From an uncultured Alphaproteobacteria bacterium (GTDB taxonomy: Bacteria > Pseudomonadota > Alphaproteobacteria > Rhizobiales > Xanthobacteraceae): 64,000 bases of DNA. Below, piece by piece: positions 61,821 through 64,000 of this stretch. The translations under genes were made by a program, and so were the position numbers. The stretch is taken from NCBI GenBank assembly GCA_963759705.1, contig CAVXAK010000014.1, forward strand, positions 112,034-176,033. The letters are read 5' to 3'. The notes under the pieces are model-generated. The model made no database searches, was not told where the DNA came from, and saw nothing but the letters and a program-made list of their open reading frames with translations. How positions within the stretch are numbered: position 1 is the stretch's first letter; every line of letters begins with the position of its first letter.

Positions 61821-62177
61821 TCAGTGCGGCGCGCCGACGAGCCTGTCGCTGTTGGCATGCACGCAATCGCGCAACGGCCGGTAGGCGCGTTCGGCGGCCG
61901 TATAAATTCCAAGCCCGTCCGCGAGCGCCCGTTCGGCCGCGGTTTGCGCCTCCGAAAACGCAGCAATCTTTTCGGAGACCATGCGCTCGGCTTCGAGCGC
62001 AGCGCTCGGCGCGGCGGATACAAAGAGCATGAGCCGAGCTGACATGACGCCCTGTGCCTCGTAGGCGAAACGCATGGCCTCGAGCCAGTTATCCCAGAAA
62101 TTGGCCAACCCTGCCTCCGATCGGTGCATCGCGGCGTTCCACGCTGGAAGCGCCGGATTCGATCGGAGAACCGTCAC
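61821..62177 (-). CDS. Hypothetical protein
   Basis: 118 aa, helical and Ala-rich. I recognise no motif. The start is GTG 62177 or ATG 62129. Confidence 0.4.
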   Translation of the reverse strand: MTVLRSNPALPAWNAAMHRSEAGLANFWDNWLEAMRFAYEAQGVMSARLMLFVSAAPSAALEAERMVSEKIAAFSEAQTAAERALADGLGIYTAAERAYRPLRDCVHANSDRLVGAPH

Positions 62178-62302
62178 GCAAATTATCTAAAATTAGGGCC
62201 CGAGACCCCCTAAAATTGTAGCGACATAGCTAAGCTTTGTCGCAAACAAGTCTTTGTCTTGGCTCCTCGCTCGGCGAGAGCCTTGCGACCGATGCCGCTG
62301 AT

Positions 62303-63100
62303 TCAGTCGTAGACCGACATGCGCAGCGGTATGATCTGGCCGCCGTCCATGTCGATGGCCGATCCATGCAGCAAGCGCCCGCGCGGAGCGACAATGAAGC
62401 GGACCATCCCCGCCACATCCTCGGGCGTGCCAAAGCGTGTGATGTCAATCTCGCGGCGGTGGTGTTCGATGGCCGAAGCCTGGTCGAGGCCGGTCTTTCC
62501 CATGATGATATCGAGCCGGTGACGAAAGCGGTCGGTGGTGACCGAGCCGGGATTGACGGTATTCACCTGCACGCCGTCGCGCTTGCCGAGATCGGCCAGC
62601 GCCTTCATGAACGCGACGCTCGCACCGATCACGGACGCGCCGATCATGTAGTCGGCGACCGGTGCGCGCGCGCCAATGCCGGAGATGAACACCACCGAGC
62701 CTTCGGCGCTTTTGAGCAGCGGCCATGCCAACCGGCAAAGCCGCACATGAGCGAAGAATTTCAGATTGAAGCCGTCGCTCCAGTCCTTCTCGGTGAGATC
62801 GAAGAAGCTGCCGCGCTTCGCAGCGCCGGCATTGTTGACCAGAATATCGAGCCGGCCGAATTCGCGCGTCAGGGCCTGGACCAGACCGGCCGGCTCGTCC
62901 TTCGCGGTCAGGTCGGCGGCGTAAACCGCCGCCTTGCGCCCGCGATCGCGAACTTCATCCGCGACGCTGTCCAGAGCCTTGGCGTCGCGTGCAGTGAGCA
63001 TGAGGTCACAGCCAGCCGCCGCGAACTCAAGTGCGATGCCCTTGCCGATGCCGCGGCTTGCGCCGGTGATCAGTGCCACCTTGCCGGCAAGCTCGTCCAT
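62303..63100 (-). CDS. Short-chain dehydrogenase/reductase (SDR) family oxidoreductase
   Basis: TGASRGIGKG, NNAG and PG...T motifs. Confidence 0.85.
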   Translation of the reverse strand: MDELAGKVALITGASRGIGKGIALEFAAAGCDLMLTARDAKALDSVADEVRDRGRKAAVYAADLTAKDEPAGLVQALTREFGRLDILVNNAGAAKRGSFFDLTEKDWSDGFNLKFFAHVRLCRLAWPLLKSAEGSVVFISGIGARAPVADYMIGASVIGASVAFMKALADLGKRDGVQVNTVNPGSVTTDRFRHRLDIIMGKTGLDQASAIEHHRREIDITRFGTPEDVAGMVRFIVAPRGRLLHGSAIDMDGGQIIPLRMSVYD

Positions 63101-63149
63101 GTTTCAATTCCCCCGGCCAAGCGAACGGTTCGCCCGCATCCGATATCAT

Positions 63150-63935
63150 TTACCGCTGCGAACCGACGGAAGACGCCAGCACAGTCGCGGCCGCCTCGAG
63201 CTCGGCGAAACGGAACGCGCGGCGTTCGAGCGCCAAATCATCACGGCCCCATTGCTCCATGTTCCAATCCTCATCGAGGTTCGCCGCCCGCCATGCTTCC
63301 TCGGCCGAGAGCCAGCCGCGCGCCATCGCGAGCGCGATGAGCGCCGAGCCGGTCAGCGTCGTGATTGAATTCACGGCACCGAGGCGCCAGGGATCGCCGG
63401 GGATTGCCGCACGCGCCGCCGTCAGCGCCGTCTCCGGCTGGGCGACGTAAATGATGCCCTCGCCCGTTACGAAACTTGCGCCGAGTTCATCGCGGGCCCA
63501 GGCGAGGATCGCATCCCAATGGCGCGCTTGGCGTTCCACGAGAGCCGCCGGATGGCTCGCTCGATAAAACACCAGATCGGATGTGAGATATTTCTCGATC
63601 TCCGCCGCGACCGGATCTGGCGCGTCAGCAACCCCGTCGATGATCGCGTTGGCCAGCCGAGTCAACGGCATCGTCGCCGGATCGATCACGTCGCGCTGCG
63701 CATTCCATTCCGCGGCGATCGCCTCCGCGAGCGCACGCGACGGTGCCGCCAGAAGCCGTCGCGCTGGAGTGCGCACCGGCTTTGCATCAAGCTGCACGGC
63801 ATAACCGTCGGCCGCAGACACCACCGTAGCCTTGTCGTAGAAGCGGCGGCGCAGGATCGGCCGTACCGCGCTGCGTGCCGCTTCGGTCGCATTTTCAGGC
63901 TGGATGCCGTCAAACAGGTCGCGCATGGACTTCAT
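63150..63935 (-). CDS. ATP12-family F1-ATPase assembly chaperone
   Basis: 261 aa. RFYDKATV...PVRTPARRLL..P...LA.AIAAEW... fits the ATP12 family pattern. Confidence 0.75.
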   Translation of the reverse strand: MKSMRDLFDGIQPENATEAARSAVRPILRRRFYDKATVVSAADGYAVQLDAKPVRTPARRLLAAPSRALAEAIAAEWNAQRDVIDPATMPLTRLANAIIDGVADAPDPVAAEIEKYLTSDLVFYRASHPAALVERQARHWDAILAWARDELGASFVTGEGIIYVAQPETALTAARAAIPGDPWRLGAVNSITTLTGSALIALAMARGWLSAEEAWRAANLDEDWNMEQWGRDDLALERRAFRFAELEAAATVLASSVGSQR

Positions 63936-64000
63936 CTAAGGCGTGTCATCACAAATTTAAGCTGTTGGCCTCTTGCCTGTTGTCCGCTTGAATTGGCGTC

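Noticed and set aside
62610-62660. Apparent internal duplication IGASV-IGASV in the SDR protein
   Set aside because: The two copies use different codons (atcggcgcgtccgtg versus atcggtgcgagcgtc), so this is not a recent tandem duplication. It is probably normal family sequence.

Overview
High-GC alphaproteobacterial chromosome. Gene content and three REP-like palindrome families look Bradyrhizobiaceae/Nitrobacteraceae-like, judged from memory, not from a search. I can support about 60 protein-coding genes, nearly all core metabolism or envelope functions. I found no rRNA, tRNA, CRISPR array, transposase, integrase or phage gene. Landmarks: the complete acpXL-fabZXL-fabF2XL-fabF1XL-adh-lpxXL cluster for the very-long-chain fatty acid of lipid A (15456..20726); pssA-psd; an Atm1-type ABC exporter; motA-motB followed by two tandem kup genes; mmsA, cimA, cysS, nadE, class II DAHP synthase, gor, rpiA, gph, moaA, an ATP12 chaperone, omp19, a PCuAC copper chaperone; and six orphan periplasmic binding proteins (four Bug/TctC, one PotF-like, one DctP-like). 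I see no convincing new multi-gene system such as a defence island or secondary-metabolite cluster. The most notable observation is that six otherwise well-conserved genes are split by seven reading-frame breaks. Two of them, nadE and DAHP synthase, are expected to be essential. Either the assembly carries indels or these are real pseudogenes. Other points worth a second look: a catalytically degenerate KS partner (FabF2XL) in the lipid A cluster; an uncharacterised membrane GHSLG-hydrolase/ICMT-methyltransferase pair divergent from that cluster; an orphan stator pair upstream of duplicated kup; a class II aldolase with a histone H1-like tail; long Pro/Ala-rich tails on two exported proteins; two tiny, tightly packed membrane ORFs (the first start-stop overlapped with the GNAT gene) between that gene and cimA; and several palindromic or repeat elements. 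All family calls rest on motifs I recognise by eye, and start codons are often uncertain in this GC range.
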